NCBI GenBank assembly: GCA_011109175.1
Contig: RDEW01000031.1
Location: 380,807-444,806, forward strand
Direction: 5' to 3'
DNA length: 64,000 nt
Source: Dicyema japonicum
Taxonomy: Eukaryota; Animalia; Dicyemida
The notes below the pieces were generated by a model. That model had not been told where the DNA came from. It worked only from the letters and a program-made list of their open reading frames with translations, and made no database searches. Shown one piece after another: positions 35,790 through 49,795 of this stretch (positions are counted from its first letter, which is position 1; each line of letters begins with the position of its first letter). The position numbers and the translations under genes are program-made.

Positions 35790-38545
35790 TCTCATGGAGA
35801 CGTCGAAACCAATCCTGGTCCATGGAGAAGTTTTACAATTATACAACTGAATACGAATAAGATCAGGAAGAAAATCTTTGAACTCCGGGCACTCCTCCGC
35901 GAAAATGAGGCTGACCTCGCTTTAATACAGGAGTCCAAGCTATCTCCCTCCATACCAACACCCTCTTTTCCCGGATACACAGTGATCCGTAAAGATCGTC
36001 AGGGAGGACGCGGAGGAGGACTACTTACTATTATAAAGAACGATATTCCTTTTATGGATACAACTCAACGAACCTCAGAGCTTCTTGGCTCCGACAAGAC
36101 TTTGGAGCAGATTACTGTCAAAATCGAGTTATTCCCGTCCTTTTGGATCCATTTGGCTAATTTATATATTCCTCCACAAGGATCGTGTCCGTCATCTTAC
36201 ACCCCTGATTTATCACGCATTTCAACATTGAAAAATCTACTGTTATGTGGGGATCTTAATGCACGACATCCAGTTTGGCTCACTTCCCAATCCTCTGATA
36301 ACCGAGGAGAACTCATTGCAAATTATCTTCCTGACCTGATTATACTGAACAACCCTAACTCACATACGAGGACCCCATTAAGGATGACTGATAGCTGCAC
36401 ATCCCCCGACTTAACACTATGCTCACCTTCTCTGGCTGGACTCATTTCCTGGAACGTCTTTTACGGCTTCTCCAGTGACCACAATCCAATCCTTCTAAAA
36501 TTGAGAGGTCTTCGACGATACAGGAGACGGCCGGCGGAATCAAAAAGATTCAAGGATTATACGAAGGTTGACTGGTCTGGTTTCAGTAACCTTGTGGATA
36601 AATTCTTGGCTCGGAGATTATCCTTCCAATACGCTCTATTGACGAGGCCGCAGAAATTATCAGCGCTGCCATTCAGAAAGCTGACCATATTTTTATTCCT
36701 ATATCGTCATACAAGAAGTTTATTCCTACCCTCAGCTCTTATACAATAAGTCTTATAAAACAAAGAGACCGGTTGAAGAGATGCCATCTGATGGACCTGA
36801 AGTCCTTGACAGCCTCAGACAACTGAAATAAAAGGATCTGTCAGAGCATAAAACACAAGGACAAGAGATGGCAACATCTAGTTAACCACCTCGACAGGAA
36901 AAGTACATCCCGACATTTCTGGAAAACTCTTAAACAAGTCAAGTCGGAGCTAGATGATGCAGACGGAACCGGAAAGTCTTCTCCTGAACACTTATGCCAC
37001 CAACATCCTAACACCCTTATGAAACATTACGCTGGAATTAGCTTCAAACCATTCTCGAAACACCTGGACATTAAGGTGCGTGCCCATAAACCGAAGAAGG
37101 AACCTTACCACGAACTATTCACAGATGACCAAGTCTTGGATGTGATCACCAGATTAAAGAGCTCACGGGCGTGCGGGCCTGACAAAGTATCTTCTATTCA
37201 CCTAAAACACCTAAGCCACAATTGGCAACCTCACGCAATATACAACCTGTCCATTAACTAAATATTATTCTCAAGATTTGGGAGAATTCTATCATCAGAC
37301 CGATATTGAAGGCTGGGAAACCAGAGACAGAACCTGCATCCTACAGGCCTATTTCCGTTACCAGCACACTGTCAAAAATTATGGAGAAACTTGTATTATC
37401 AGTCAATATTTCGTATCTTCCATCAAACGCACAATCTTGGTTTCTATTGACATCAACAGAGCCTTTGACACTGTTTCGAGGAAAATCCTGGTTGGAAAAA
37501 TATTTTCTACTAATATTCGTCCGAATGTGAAATTATGGCTGGCCAACTTTTTGTCTGGAAGACGTGGAAGAGTAGTCAGTGGTGATCTCAGATCTAGATC
37601 ACGATTACTACCGAACGGGGTACCCCAGGGGTCTCCACTTTCACCAATTCTATTCAACCTATTCCTACACGACCTACCTAATGATAGAGACGAAGATTCC
37701 CTGCTATTATCCTACGCAGACAACGTAGTCATTGCAATACGGAACCGCTTGACGCAAGTCGCAGGACTCGCTCGCTTGGATCCCTTAAAACTCAGACAAA
37801 ATTGAACACTCTCCACGATTGGATTGTTGGCAATCGACTTACGATTTCTGCAACCAAGTCCATCTGTTCCACTTTCACTTCGGACCGTCGTTCCAAGGAT
37901 GAACCGAGTATCTTTATTGATCCCACTCGGATTCCAGTGACAAGGTCCCCCACTGTCCTTGGAGTCAAGTACGACAGTCTACTCAATTTCAACTCCCACG
38001 CAAAAGACATGATTACCAGGGGCCTCCAGAAAGTTAACGTTTTACGCGCCCTTGTCCGGAGGACCACGAGGAACATGGACTTTTCCGTTTCTACCCTCTA
38101 CCAACAAACAATCGCGCCTGCCGTTGAGTATGCCTCCGTTGCATGGAGATTCGCGCTATCGGAGTCTATGGTCCAAAGAGTCAACTCGATACACCGGAAA
38201 ACAATCAGTATGCTTTGCCCACGTAATGGATCAACAGTCGACCCACTACTCATGGAAGCTAAGATCCGTAGTCGTGGCTCCGGATTTCTTCGCGTTTGTG
38301 AGGATGATGGAAATCCGCTTCGCCTGATCCTTTCCATGGCAAGAGAAAAACCGATTGGATAAGAAATTCCCCTCCCCGATCGGATTCCTCTGCAAGACCG
38401 AGAGTAGGCTCTTCCGGAAAGTATTGGGGACGATGGAAGATCACAGACGTCGAATGGCACAATTGATTGCGAGAACTGGGATCACCTAACTGTTTGACTC
38501 TTTTGTCTTTCTTTCTCGATGTTCCCGGGGTTATTAAAATAAATA
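35790..38545 (+). mobile_element. LINE family A (Jockey/I-group, APE endonuclease plus RT), near-complete but frameshifted
   Basis: EN: RKDRQGGRGGGLL, NLYIPP, LLCGDLNARH, TSPDLT, SSDHNPI. RT: YRPISVTS, DINRAFDTV, GVPQGSPLSP, YADNV. Terminal hairpin and A-rich tail. Confidence 0.9.
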
Positions 38546-38549
38546 AAAT

Positions 38550-39790
38550 AAAAACACATTCTAATGGTGCAGATGGAATTCCCATAATCCTCCTGAAAAA
38601 CCTAGGAAATGAAGGAATCGGTACCCTGACCAAAATCTACAACTGGTCGATTAATTATAACTCAATTCCAACAATATGGAAACTTGCAAACATCCTCTCA
38701 GTATCGAAGCCAGGAAAACCGAAAGAAGACCCAGCTTCCTTCAGGCCTATTTCTCTCTTATGCTCCATGTCAAAAATTCTGGAAAGCTTATCCTCGCAAA
38801 AATCATTGAAAGGACTCCCGATAAATTATTCCATCATGGTTTCAAAAAGGATCGGTCCACAACGAGTTTCCTCACATCCCTGACTAACTTTATTCGCTCT
38901 GGATTTCTGTGCAAGCCAAGACACCAAAAACTGTGTTCTGCTCACTGAACGTCCACAAAGCCTTCGATTCTGTGCCGAGGAAGAACCTAACATGGAAATT
39001 TACCAATCAGATATCCCTGAAAACCTAAAACGCTGGCTGATGAACTTCCTTAGCGGACGAAGAGGTAGAGTGTGCATTGGAAACATTAATTCTGTCTCCC
39101 GTTTATTCCCAAATGGAGTACCCCAGGGCTCGCCGCTATCACCATTACTATTCAACCTGTTTTTTGTTGACTACTCGAGTGGTTTAATGAAACTCGGATG
39201 TCAATCAATACCGAAAAATTTGTTACAACTCTATACCTCGGACAAAAGATTGTCGAACAGGACAATAGAAGTTACTGCGGAGGGAAGAGAATTGCCTTCA
39301 GCAAATGGCAAAAAATATTGGGTATGACTTTCGATACCACATGAACTTTTCGAGACATGTCACTAACGTGCTGAACAAATGTGAGAAAATCAACCTTCTG
39401 AAATGCCTAACAGGTCTATGGAAAATTAGACATCACCCTATACTTAAAACGCTCTACTCACAGTACATCGAACCATGCATTTCATATGCGTGTACTTCAT
39501 GAGGACCACTGGCCTCTTATACGAACATCCAGAAAATCTCCGCAACCCAGAAAAGGGACTAACTGAAAGATGGTATACAAAGGAACATATCAAATCACCG
39601 ACGCCCTTGGAGACACTAATTGAAAAAAATGAGAAAGGAAACCAATGCCAAAAAGAAAGTGCTCGTCCGCAACGAACTTGTGTAGGTTCAAGGGATTAAC
39701 ATCGAGAAAAGATGAGAGCCTTGATCCAATTCGTCGGGATCACTTAGTTTAGTTTTTCAGTTTAACAGTGGTCTTTGGAATTTAATTTAA
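38550..39790 (+). mobile_element. 5'-truncated LINE related to family A (RT plus 3' end)
   Basis: GADGIPIILLKN, SFRPISLLCSMSKILE and GVPQGSPLSPLLFN motifs; 3' hairpin GGGATCACT/AGTGGTCTT. Confidence 0.8.
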
Positions 39791-39873
39791 TTAATATTAT
39801 TTCAACATTCGTAAAATCATAATAATAATTTCACTCGTGCAGCATTCAAAACAATCCTCCGAACCAACTTCTT

Positions 39874-42410
39874 TTAACCTCCTCGATCGTTGGAGAGTTT
39901 CCTCAACTCGTCCAGGTCGTCCCCACTTCTTAAACGTTTGTTCACGAGCTTTAGATCTCCGTCAAGTGTTTCAGGTAGTGTAATACGCCGGCGTCCACGA
40001 AAGCACTGTCTCATAAAGTAGTCCTCCATTGCTATGTTTGCCGGAGCGCCCAAGTCCATACGCAAGATATGTCCAAATAGCCTCCAGCGCATATCAGCAA
40101 TTTCGAGACTCTGTGGACCCGTGCAACATTTCTTGTACAGCGATTCCTTTTTTATTCTTGCTGGCCAGTTCAGTCCTAGTAGGGATCTAAGTTGTCTTCG
40201 ATGGAAAGAGTCTAGTCCAAGTTGTTCGGTTTTAGACGTTCCCCAGGTCGATGAATTGTACATTAGGATCGGCTTGACAAAGGCTTCATACAGTCTCAAA
40301 CGAACTGATGTGCAGGATCGTCGTTTACCAATCCACTTTTTCTTCAACTTGTTTATCGTTACCCAAACGAGGGCCTTCCTTCTGGCAATATCTTGACTGT
40401 CTCCAAGTAAAGGGCCAAGTTTGTTTGTTTTTCGCCATGTTTCACTTGATCTGCTTTCCATTCTCCTGATTTTCACAATGTCAGTTTTTGCGGTTTTCAT
40501 TCCAAGGAACCATTGGTTCAGCTCAGCAGAGGCCACCTCGAGGAGTCGAAGTAGGGCCGATTTGTCTTCTGACACAAAGTCGATGTCGTCCGCATGGCTC
40601 CATAACATCTGCAATGGATCTTCCTGTCCTGAATCCACTGTGACTAGGAGATAGATAGTTGTCCACTTGTTCTCTGATTCGGTTCAACGTAACTAAAGCC
40701 AGAAGTTTCCGTAAGGTGTTTAGCAGAATTATTGGACGTAGGTTTTCAACAGACCAGCATGCTTGTTAGGTTTTTGTATTGGTATTAATAGTCCGGATCC
40801 AAGAGCTGGGTATTCTTTTTTTTATAAACATAGAGTTAAGTAGTTTTGCCAACTTGTATGTTAGTGCAGATGGTCCATATTTGACAAGTTCTGAATTGAT
40901 TCCATCCGGTCCAAAAGAGGGACCATTCTTAAGTTTGACCATTGCATTTGAGATTTCGCCAGGTGTGATAGCTTTATCAAGTTGGGTGGCGTATCCACAA
41001 GATGATCAGATATTTCTCCGCGGACAGTTAATATATCCTCGAAATACGATGTAATATATTCAGCCTGATCTATGGGATTTGTTAAGAATCTTCCATTTCC
41101 GTCATGGAGTTTGAGTTTGTTCGTTTGTTTTCTTCTGTTGAGCAGACGGATTGCAGTGAACATTTTTGATGAGTCTTAACTGTTCAACTTCTGCAGCTCT
41201 TAGATCAAGTAGGTTAGTGGCGTGCTTCTTATTCAAAATCTTTATGGTTTTCTGGCTGGATCTTCTAGACTTCAAGATTTGTTTCCTGTCCGGATCAGAC
41301 GTATTTTCCAGTTGTAATCTTAGTTCCCTTTGTAATTTAATGAGGACGGGAACATCTGGATGTATACATTTTTTAAACAGTGCTGGGGACCAGGTTCCGA
41401 TACTCCCATTTGCTGCCGAAAGGATCCATTTCATTGTCTCCGTCCAGGTGCCTCCTGGAGAAAGTCCGGATCCAGGTTTCGGAGAAATTTCGTAACTGAT
41501 AATTGGTAGTTGTCTCTGATCGATGTAGAGTAGCACAGTTGTTCCATTTATAGTTTCTTCTTACATCTAAGTTTGGCTCTCTTCTTATTAAGTTAGTCAA
41601 AGTCCTCATTGTGAACTTGGAAGAGACTATCTTGTGATTACTGTTGATAGATGCACCTCCGTAAGACCTCGAGTCAGGTAGGAGTGATTTTTCTTTGACT
41701 CGGCAGATGATGTAGTCGATTTGATTGAAAATGTTAATAGAGCCTTTGGTAGGTAAAAGTCGTTGCTTAGTCCATGTCGTTTTATGACGTGCGGGATGTT
41801 GGAAACCAGTATTACATAGGAACAGATCAAATGCCTGGCAAAACTCTGCCAAGATGGTTCCGGGGAAGTTTCTGATTCCTCTTCCGTGCTGGCCAATGAA
41901 GCTTTCATTTCCTCACGGGTTCCCACTTTCGCATTCCAGTCCCCGGCAATAAACAATAAGTATGATGAACAGAGGTCTGTTAATGTCCTTCCCAATTCCT
42001 CGTAGAACAGGTCAAGTTCTTCCGGATTTTTTAGGATACGTCCACTGTGTAGTGCGTAAACGTTAATAATTGAGATTAGTCTCCTCGAATTTCTGCTTGA
42101 TCTTGTACGTAGTTGTAAGACACTGATTCTGTCATTGACTTTCCAGTAACGATATACTCTCGGAATATAGTCCTTGTGTATGGCAAAGCCTTGTCCATAA
42201 TGCCTAGATTCCGAGGGAAGCAATAGTAATCTGTAATGTGTTTCATCGAGTCCATTTTTTATTTTAGTCTCCTGCAGGCATACAGAACCCCGGTATTTCT
42301 CAACATCGGAACATAGAAGCTGCCTCTTAGCCACGTTATTCAGGCCTCTGACAATGAAGGTTAGGATAGTCAGGACATTAAATTGTTCTGAATCCTTTGC
42401 AGACATCGGT
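39874..42410 (-). mobile_element. RTE-clade LINE, EN plus RT with internal deletion and frameshifts
   Basis: TFIVRGLN, CLQETK, IINVYA, AGDWNAKVG, NQIDYI, HADDIDF and WRLFGHILRMD in ORFs 41627-42406, 41373-41852 and 39874-40638. Confidence 0.9.
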
Positions 42411-42599
42411 GCAAGAGAGGCACGTCACCACCTCAAGCAAATAATAATTTAATTAACATAAAAACGGTTTAATTAACATCTCCCAATCTTCGTATCTGAA
42501 AATATTGTAAAAGTCAAAAATGGTTGGTTTATATTTTTTGATTCTTCAGTAAATACCGACTAATACAAAGTTCTAACCATTCAACAAGTCTTCCTACAT

Positions 42600-43150
42600 T
42601 AAACCCAATGTGTTTACCCCTCGTGGATTCGACTCCCTTCTCTTTTGGCTTTTGGAGAGTACGGTACCATAATTACATCAAAACAAGTACTGTCTTCTGA
42701 GTTAATTCTGAGTTGCCAAAAGGCATCCATTCTGTGGTGCTTAGAAGACTCTCAACTATACCGTAAAGGACTTGCCCACTTTTGCATTTCTATCTTCAGC
42801 AACGAGCAGAGTACGGGACAACAATAAACCAATGAAGCATGGTAGAAGACAGAGTAGAAAGAATTTTGAGATAAATGACGAATTGATCTTTTATAGCGAC
42901 CCATGATGGCTGTAGTTCATGGGATCTCGATAAAATAGTGCGATTTCTGTTTAAAAAAAGTTTATCTTGGCCACAAACCGTGCTAATTTTACTTTCCTCG
43001 GATCCATGTTTGTCGTTTCTTCAAAGCTTACTCCCAAAACCTCTGCTATAAAGAGTATCCATTCATAGAATTCAATTTTCTCCTCATTTCATAAATCGTA
43101 GTATCCTTAGAATTGAGTGAAGACGGACAGAAAAAATGAATTTAAAAAAA
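42600..43150 (-). pseudogene. RTE endonuclease relic
   Basis: Minus frame LLVAEDRNAKVGK (cf. AGDWNAKVG). Confidence 0.35.
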
Positions 43151-43769
43151 ATTCAAGAAATGAGGTTTTTTGTATACAGAGTTTTTATGGATGAGACAAA
43201 GTTAATTTTAAAAATACTAATTTATTAGCAATTTCCGAATCAACAGATCCCTGCTAGTGACTCCTGAAGTGTTTGGCCGCACATGGCGGATAGCCGAGTA
43301 TTACTATAAAATTGGGTTTGCTTAAGAAATTGTCAAAGTAAACAATAATATTGTGAACCTGGCGAATTATAATATAAAAGAGCCTGTTGAAGAAAAGCTC
43401 AGATTTGATGAATAGTCATCACTGAAGGCTGAATTTTAAATTTTCCATTGAAAGAGATCTCTTACCCAATCTTCGACTTACTAACCTCCTATAATGTAGT
43501 CAACTCATTAAACGGCTGCGTTGTTCATACGGTATTTGAATCTGAATACGACACTTCCATCCTTTGCTCAGAACTAGGGATTTTTATGAAAATTATACCA
43601 AATCAGTCCTGCGATAAATAAACAAGTAGGCTAGCTGGTTAATAACAACTTGAGCTGATAACAGTAATTTAAATTATTCCTATCTGATAAATTTTTGAAA
43701 AATTACTGAGTGCAGTTTTTTACCAAATTTTTGAGCTAAACCTAAGGACAGTAGTAAATGATCCATGAT

Positions 43770-44200
43770 TGTCAAGAACACCAAGAGATGGAGTAAACCA
43801 ACTAATTAAGTGATCCCGGTACGCCTCAACAGGATCGATAGGTTTTTCCTATGTTCCTCCAGAGTACCCACGGCTTTCCTGAATAGACGACGATCATCTT
43901 TCATTAGAGTTCGAAGAGAGGTGGGTTTTTTCCCAAATTTCGTGTATTTGAGGCCTCTATCCTTGAATGGAAGAAACGACTTTTTCTTGGCCACACAGAC
44001 AGATGAAGCCGGAGCCATTATTTTTGATTGCGGCGTGGTCAAGCATTGGGGGGAAAGATCGGGGGTAGATTCGTTAGACGTGTCAGTTTGCCAATTAGGG
44101 AATTGATCTTGAATGAATTTGATATCGAAGCTCCATAGGCCCATGAGGCACAAGCATACTCAATCGTCGGTTTTAGGAGTTGATTGAACAAGACGACAGC
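43770..44200 (-). mobile_element. LINE family A-related 3' fragment abutting a MULE N-terminus
   Basis: LFNQLLKPTIEYACASW motif; 3' hairpin at 43774-43817. Confidence 0.7.
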
Positions 44201-44810
44201 GCATTCCTGTGACGGCCTGGAAGTCAAATTCGTGATTGTGAGAGATTCCTTCTTTGGGAAATTCAAAATTATGATCTGTTCTTAGGCTTCCTCTGCATCC
44301 TTGTGAAGATTTTTTCACACATTTAAAAATTATATAGTTTTTTGTCACCGAGTGTTTTGTATACATAAAACCCTTAAACAAATTTTCTTTCCTCCTTTGT
44401 TAGTTGATATTATCTCCATTTTGTCTCTTATGTTTGCGGCAAGCATAATATTTAAAATACGCTTAATTATAACCTTGAAATCCGTAAATTGATTAAGTCA
44501 AAAAGATTAAACCAAAGCGAAAAAAGTCAAGTCAATTTTATTATTACCTTGAAATTTTTAAATTGATTTAGTCGAAGCGATTATACCAAAGCGGAAAAAA
44601 ATTCAAGTCCGCTAACGAAATCACGGACTTGACTTTTTTTCCGTTTTGCGCTAAAATTCGAAAATTTATAAGAGAAAATTTAAGATAATTGGAAAAAAGT
44701 CAAGTGTTGAAAAAATTATTAAAAATTAAAAGATGCTATTAGTATTACAAAAATGCGATGTAAACTAGAAAAGACGACTTGACTTTTTTTTCCGCTTGAT
44801 TTTTTTTCCG
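44200..44810 (-). mobile_element. Mutator-like (MULE) element 5' part: FLYWCH-type zinc finger and repeat-rich terminal region
   Basis: MEIISTNKGGKKI.L.GFMYTKH...FKCVKK...CRGSLRT...HNH (one frameshift). 44480-44810 has multiple direct and inverted AAAAAAGTCAAGTC / GACTTGACTTTTTTTCCG repeats. Confidence 0.65.
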
Positions 44811-44814
44811 CATT

Positions 44815-46090
44815 CCATTATTTCATTAGGTTGTTAGCTTGCACATTGTATTTGGAGCAGAAATAGATTCTGATTCATCTGATAAGTTTAGCTTGATACG
44901 ACGAATAGTTTTCCATAAAAGACTCGTGGATTTCATATGTCCAATAGATGATAGGCGGTTCCACGCCCTATCTTTCTTTTCTCTGATGAGCTTTGTAATT
45001 CTCTGATTTAAGCATTTTATATTTTCCAAATCAGAAGAGGTTTGCAGATCAGGGAGTTTCTTTGTTTGACGAGGAGACGAGTCTTTGAGTCCAGAGTAGG
45101 CTTGTAGGATTTTAAACTGCACGTGGTACAAACAACTTTTCAGCTTGAAGATTACACGGTTTAGATGGTCCACTGCTTTGTCGATGGAGCAAAATGAGGT
45201 GGGATCATAATGTATTAGGTTATGGTCAATGAAGAGCTTGAAATTCGACCAGTCAGCTTTCTTGTAGACTTTGAAGGTTGCGTTAATTCTACGTGAGTTA
45301 TTGAATCGACTCAGTTTTAATATAATCGGATTATGATCACTATGAAAATCGTCAGTAAAGACGTACCATGAAATCTTGGGGCAATCCTAGAGGAAGCAAA
45401 AGATATGTCGGGGGAGGTTGAATTGTCATTTCTTCGGATAGGTGTCCTTGTGAAAATTCGGGTGATTTAGAATCACCATTTTTTGGAGAGAGTCGATAAT
45501 TAGACTCCCCCTCTTGTCTGCCGACTGAATATTAAGCCATTGCGGATGTTTGGCGTTGAAATCCCCACATAGTAACAAATTTCAAATTTCTTGTAGTTTG
45601 TCGAGCTTCGGAACATAGTTATTAGGACAGAATCCCGGCGGTGGAATGTAAATGTTGAATAAGATGTTCTGACCCATTAATAAGATCAATAGAAATTTGT
45701 TCCGCGGTCTGTCGTGTAGAATTAAATCATCCACCTGCGAGCTCACATCGTGGAAGGATAAACCGTTTTTAATAATGGTGAGTAAGCCGCCACTACGTCC
45801 AATACGGTCTTTTCTGATAGAGATGTATCCAGGAAAAAGTGTTCATTATCTCCAGAAAGCAATAGAATCCAGAGGAACAAACAACATATCGAGTTTCCAG
45901 TTGAGGTATACCATCCAGGCATAAGGAGTCTAAATGGGGAAGAGCAAATGGTTCTTTTTGGTGTATTACTACACTGAGCGCCACCACAAAAGGTTAATCA
46001 CATGACGCCACGTTCCATAATCCAACGCGTCTTGCTTTTGCGCGTGACACACATGACGTATAGATTACAGAAAGAGCAAATATTAAAACA
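44815..46090 (-). mobile_element. LINE family A-related 5' half (5' UTR plus endonuclease), truncated
   Basis: DRIGRSGGLLTIIKN, NIYIPPP, LLLCGDFNAKHPQW and FHSDHNPI on the minus strand. Confidence 0.8.
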
Positions 46091-46189
46091 AAAATAAGAG
46101 AAGCCATAAGTCTGAAAACAAAGAATAAAATACTCGATCAGATTAAAATGATTGAAACCCTCAAGGACAATGGATAGTGAGGATGTTAG

Positions 46190-47200
46190 ACAAATTAGAA
46201 GCAAAGTACTGAAATACCAGTACCTTTTCGGGACGACCAATTAGAGAGATCATAAATCAAGTGAAAATGGCAGAGCATATCGTTGACCACTTTGAAAAAT
46301 TGTTCAAATCAAATGAATATGGTAGGATAGGACTGCTCCAGAAAAATGCGAACTTGAAGAGAAAATAGTCCTACAAGAAGTACATGTAATAAGCTCATAA
46401 ATTAAAAAAATGNATAAGAGAAGCCATAAGTCTGAAAACAAAGAATAAAATACTCGATCAGATTAAAATGATTGAAACCCTCAAGGACAATGGATAGTGA
46501 GGATGTTAGACAAATTAGAAGCAAAGTACTGAAATACCAGTACCTTTTCGGGACGCCCAATTAGAGAGATCATAAATCAAGTGAAAATGGCAGAGCATAT
46601 CGTTGACCACTTTGAAAAATTGTTCAAATCAAATGAATATGATAGGATAGGACTGCTCCAGAAGGGGGCGAACTTGAAGAGAAAATAATCCTACAAGAAG
46701 TACATGTAATAAGTTCATAAATTAAAAAAATGACAAGAAGTTCTTACTGCTATATTGGAGGAAATTCCCGGGAAGTTGGCTGAATGGTCCTAACGATAAA
46801 CCTGAAGTCACAGAACNGATAGGACTGCTCCAGAAGGGGGCGAACTTGAAGAGAAAATAGTCCTACAAGAAGTACATGTAATAAGCTCATAAATTAAAAA
46901 AATGACAAGAATTTCTTACTACTATATTGGAGGAAATACCCGGGAAGTTGGCTGAATGGTCCTAACGATAAACCTGAAGTCACAGAACTAAGATGAGAGG
47001 AAATGAAAACGAAGGAGTTTTGGCGCAAAATCAAAATGCTGGGCACCCTTCTCAGAGACAGTGAAGTGACATAAAAAGAAGAAAAACATTATCAAATGTA
47101 GCACTGCGCAAAATCAAGAAAATTTAATTTGTGGATGCAAGAGTCCGCCTGTACAACGTACTTGCCAATACTCTTGTATAACGTGGGCAGTTAGACTTTA
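46190..47200 (+). mobile_element. RTE RT relic with internal tandem duplications
   Basis: RKIKMLGTLLRDS..DIKRRK..ARVRLYN motif; duplications 46094-46412/46414-46734 and ~46646-46988. Confidence 0.5.
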
Positions 47201-48090
47201 CCACGTGCTATGACATAGAGTAAGTACGTATAATAATTTCTAAAGTGAAGTAATAAAATGAGTAAACACAAATAATCATCATTAAAGCTATTATAATCGA
47301 GTTTAAGAAGCACGTGGACAAGCACATGGTCTTATACTGATTCTGAGGCTGTTTAACGCATAAAACTGAATTGTTGTTCAACTGGAAAAAGTAGGCAGTA
47401 ATATTATTTAAATTCTGGGTCTTGTGGTGATGGCGTTGGATTTGGAAGTCAGGAGTGGCTAGCAAGACCCTCTCCTATGTGAAAGGACAAAATTGATTTT
47501 ATTAAAAAAAAACTCGCTCTTAGTGAAGAGGACATTATAAATGTGTCTAATTTAACGGTTCGGTTTTAGGGAGATATTTCGTGTGATATTATTTCTCTAG
47601 AGTTATCCCTTNCTGGAAAAAGTAGGCAGTAATATTATTTAAATTCTGGGTCTTGTGGGGATGGCGTTGGATTTGGAATTCAGGAGTGGCTAGCAAGACC
47701 CTCTCCTATGTGAAAGGACAAAATTGATTTTATTAAGGAAAAACTCGCTCTTAGTGAAGAAGACATTATAAATGTGTCTAATTTAACGGTTCGGTTTTAG
47801 GGAGATATTTCGTGTGATATTATTTCTCTATAGTTATCCCTTGATCCTTGTGCTCTTTCATTGATGTCATTCATTAATTTCAATCTTGTATCTTCTTTAT
47901 CGATTAAATGATTGTGATTTTTTCCTGTTTCAGTATCATCCCAGTTGATGATATTAAAAGAAATGCTGAACATTTCAAGATACGTTTTCTACAACGACAT
48001 CTGGTATTTTCTCCAACAATTTTGTTTTTATTATAGAGAAAATTTTCGTGAACTAAAATCTCTCCACCTCGCGTATAGGCTAAAAACAGT
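47200..48090 (-). mobile_element. Second MULE relic (FLYWCH-type N-terminus)
   Basis: YTRGGEILVHENFLYNKNK....RCRCRKRILKCSAFL; interrupted 5' by a CRE fragment. Confidence 0.5.
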
Positions 48091-48095
48091 CGATC

Positions 48096-48640
48096 TTGTC
48101 TCAGCATCGGCATGGATGTGGAACACATACTTTTAACCCAAGTCGCAATGAGATCCTAATACTGAGGTATTTATCATCCAGGAATGTACCCAGAACTCCA
48201 TTGGGAATAGCGTTGAGCCAGGCACCGCTCTCGGAAGACGCCCCCGACAACAAACAGGAACGGCAATGTTGGCTAGATGACACTAGCAAATCTTTGAAAG
48301 AATTCCAGCAGATAGCATCGTCCAAGTTTCGTTGAGAGAACGAGGAAGGCAGGGAAAACTGATAAGTGCGGCTTCACGAGCATGGCCGGCGACCATTCAA
48401 TAGAGAATTCAGGTAGAGAGTGTAAGATCCTCTTGACATGGGAGTTACAGGCCACTAGCGATGATAGGTATGAAGGGAGTGAAAGGTCCACAGGGTTGCG
48501 AATTCCAACTCCTCCAAGTCTCACTGACAGCGTGGCTTGCTTCCATGAGTAATTTTCGAACAGGATGTTGAAGATGCGTTTCGCTGACGAACGGAAGATC
48601 TCGTGCGTCTCTGTTTGAGAACTTATTCTTTATGACCACC
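48096..48640 (-). mobile_element. CRE-clade fragment
   Basis: WKQATLSVRLGGVGIRNP and SESGAWLNAIP..LGTFLD...ISLRLGLKVCVPHPCRC. Confidence 0.8.
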
Positions 48641-49207
48641 ATAAAAATAGATGGAAGGTCCTAGTTGCGGTGAGGTCACAAAATACTTCCATTAAAAAAT
48701 ACAAAATTAAAATTATATTCAAATTTTTATCCACAATATGTCAAATCTCGAAAATGGAATGAAAAGATCCATTCTTGCCAAACAATAATAATCAAATATT
48801 CAATCATGGATTTTTTGTTAATAAAAAATCATTCCTATTTGAAGCCTAACCTGAACTTTTAAATATTTCTTCTTTCCTTCAATTCTTTTTTTGTCAGTTT
48901 TTTTCAAAAATTGCAGAACCTTAATCAACCATAACTCGACACAGGTTTCATGCTTTCTACATAAAACTAATTAAAGTCTTAAACGATCACGCCTTTCTAT
49001 AATTAGTATATCGAACTTGAAAATGAAGTAAACAACAGGTTATGGAATATCTATCAGTACGCCGGTTGGCCTGGACTGTTCATCCGGGTACCCCTTTTCC
49101 TTGCTAACCGTCCATTTGCTAGTCTAGGCACATACACATCCTAATTTCATCTCCAGAACGTTGTAGGTACAAAGCCAGTAAGCCCATCTCCAGTTAGTTC
49201 TCCCTTT

Positions 49208-49448
49208 GTAGGTCCTTTCCCCAGTATGTTCTTCCACAGTGGTCCCAACCGTCCTGTAGGGGCCGATAATGTGGTTAACAAATTTACATGAAGATTCCAA
49301 TTCGAATGTAGGGAACAATTGGTGTGGGTACCCCCTGTAGGTCTTAACTCCAGTATGTACTTCCACAGTAGTCTCAGGTCCCGTAGGGATCAATAGTCTG
49401 GGTAACAAAGTTCCGTGTAGATCCGGATACGAATGTAGGGTTCAATTG
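49208..49448. repeat. Two diverged tandem units of ~128 bp
   Basis: GTAGGTC..CCAGTATGT.CTTCCACAGT...GAATGTAGGG..CAATTG recurs at 49208 and 49337. Confidence 0.7.
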
Positions 49449-49795
49449 AAGTGGATACTAGGTCCAACTTGGAATATATCCGGAGATTTTGACTCTTTGG
49501 CTACTGCGTCCCCCAAAAGGTTCCTTCGTCTTGTAGAATATGTCCATTCGGCCCGTAATATGTTTCTCCACCTTGTAATATGTTCCTTCGTCTTGTAGAA
49601 TAAGTTCAATCGACGTGTAATACGCTTTTCGCCTTGAAAAGATTCCNTCGCCTTGAAACTCTTTTGACTTGAGATAATAAAGTAGCACCAGTTTATTATT
49701 TTTTACTTAATATATTAACAAATTTTCTTAAATTTTTAATATTAACAATTTTCTTAATAATCAAATTTATTTAAAAACACAAAATTTGTTCAGGA

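Noticed and set aside
46094-46734. ~320-bp tandem duplication; likewise 47382-47840, 54668-55000 and around 49647
   Set aside because: Each pair is joined by a single N and differs by a few SNPs, typical of overlapping contig ends or haplotypes in scaffolding rather than biology.
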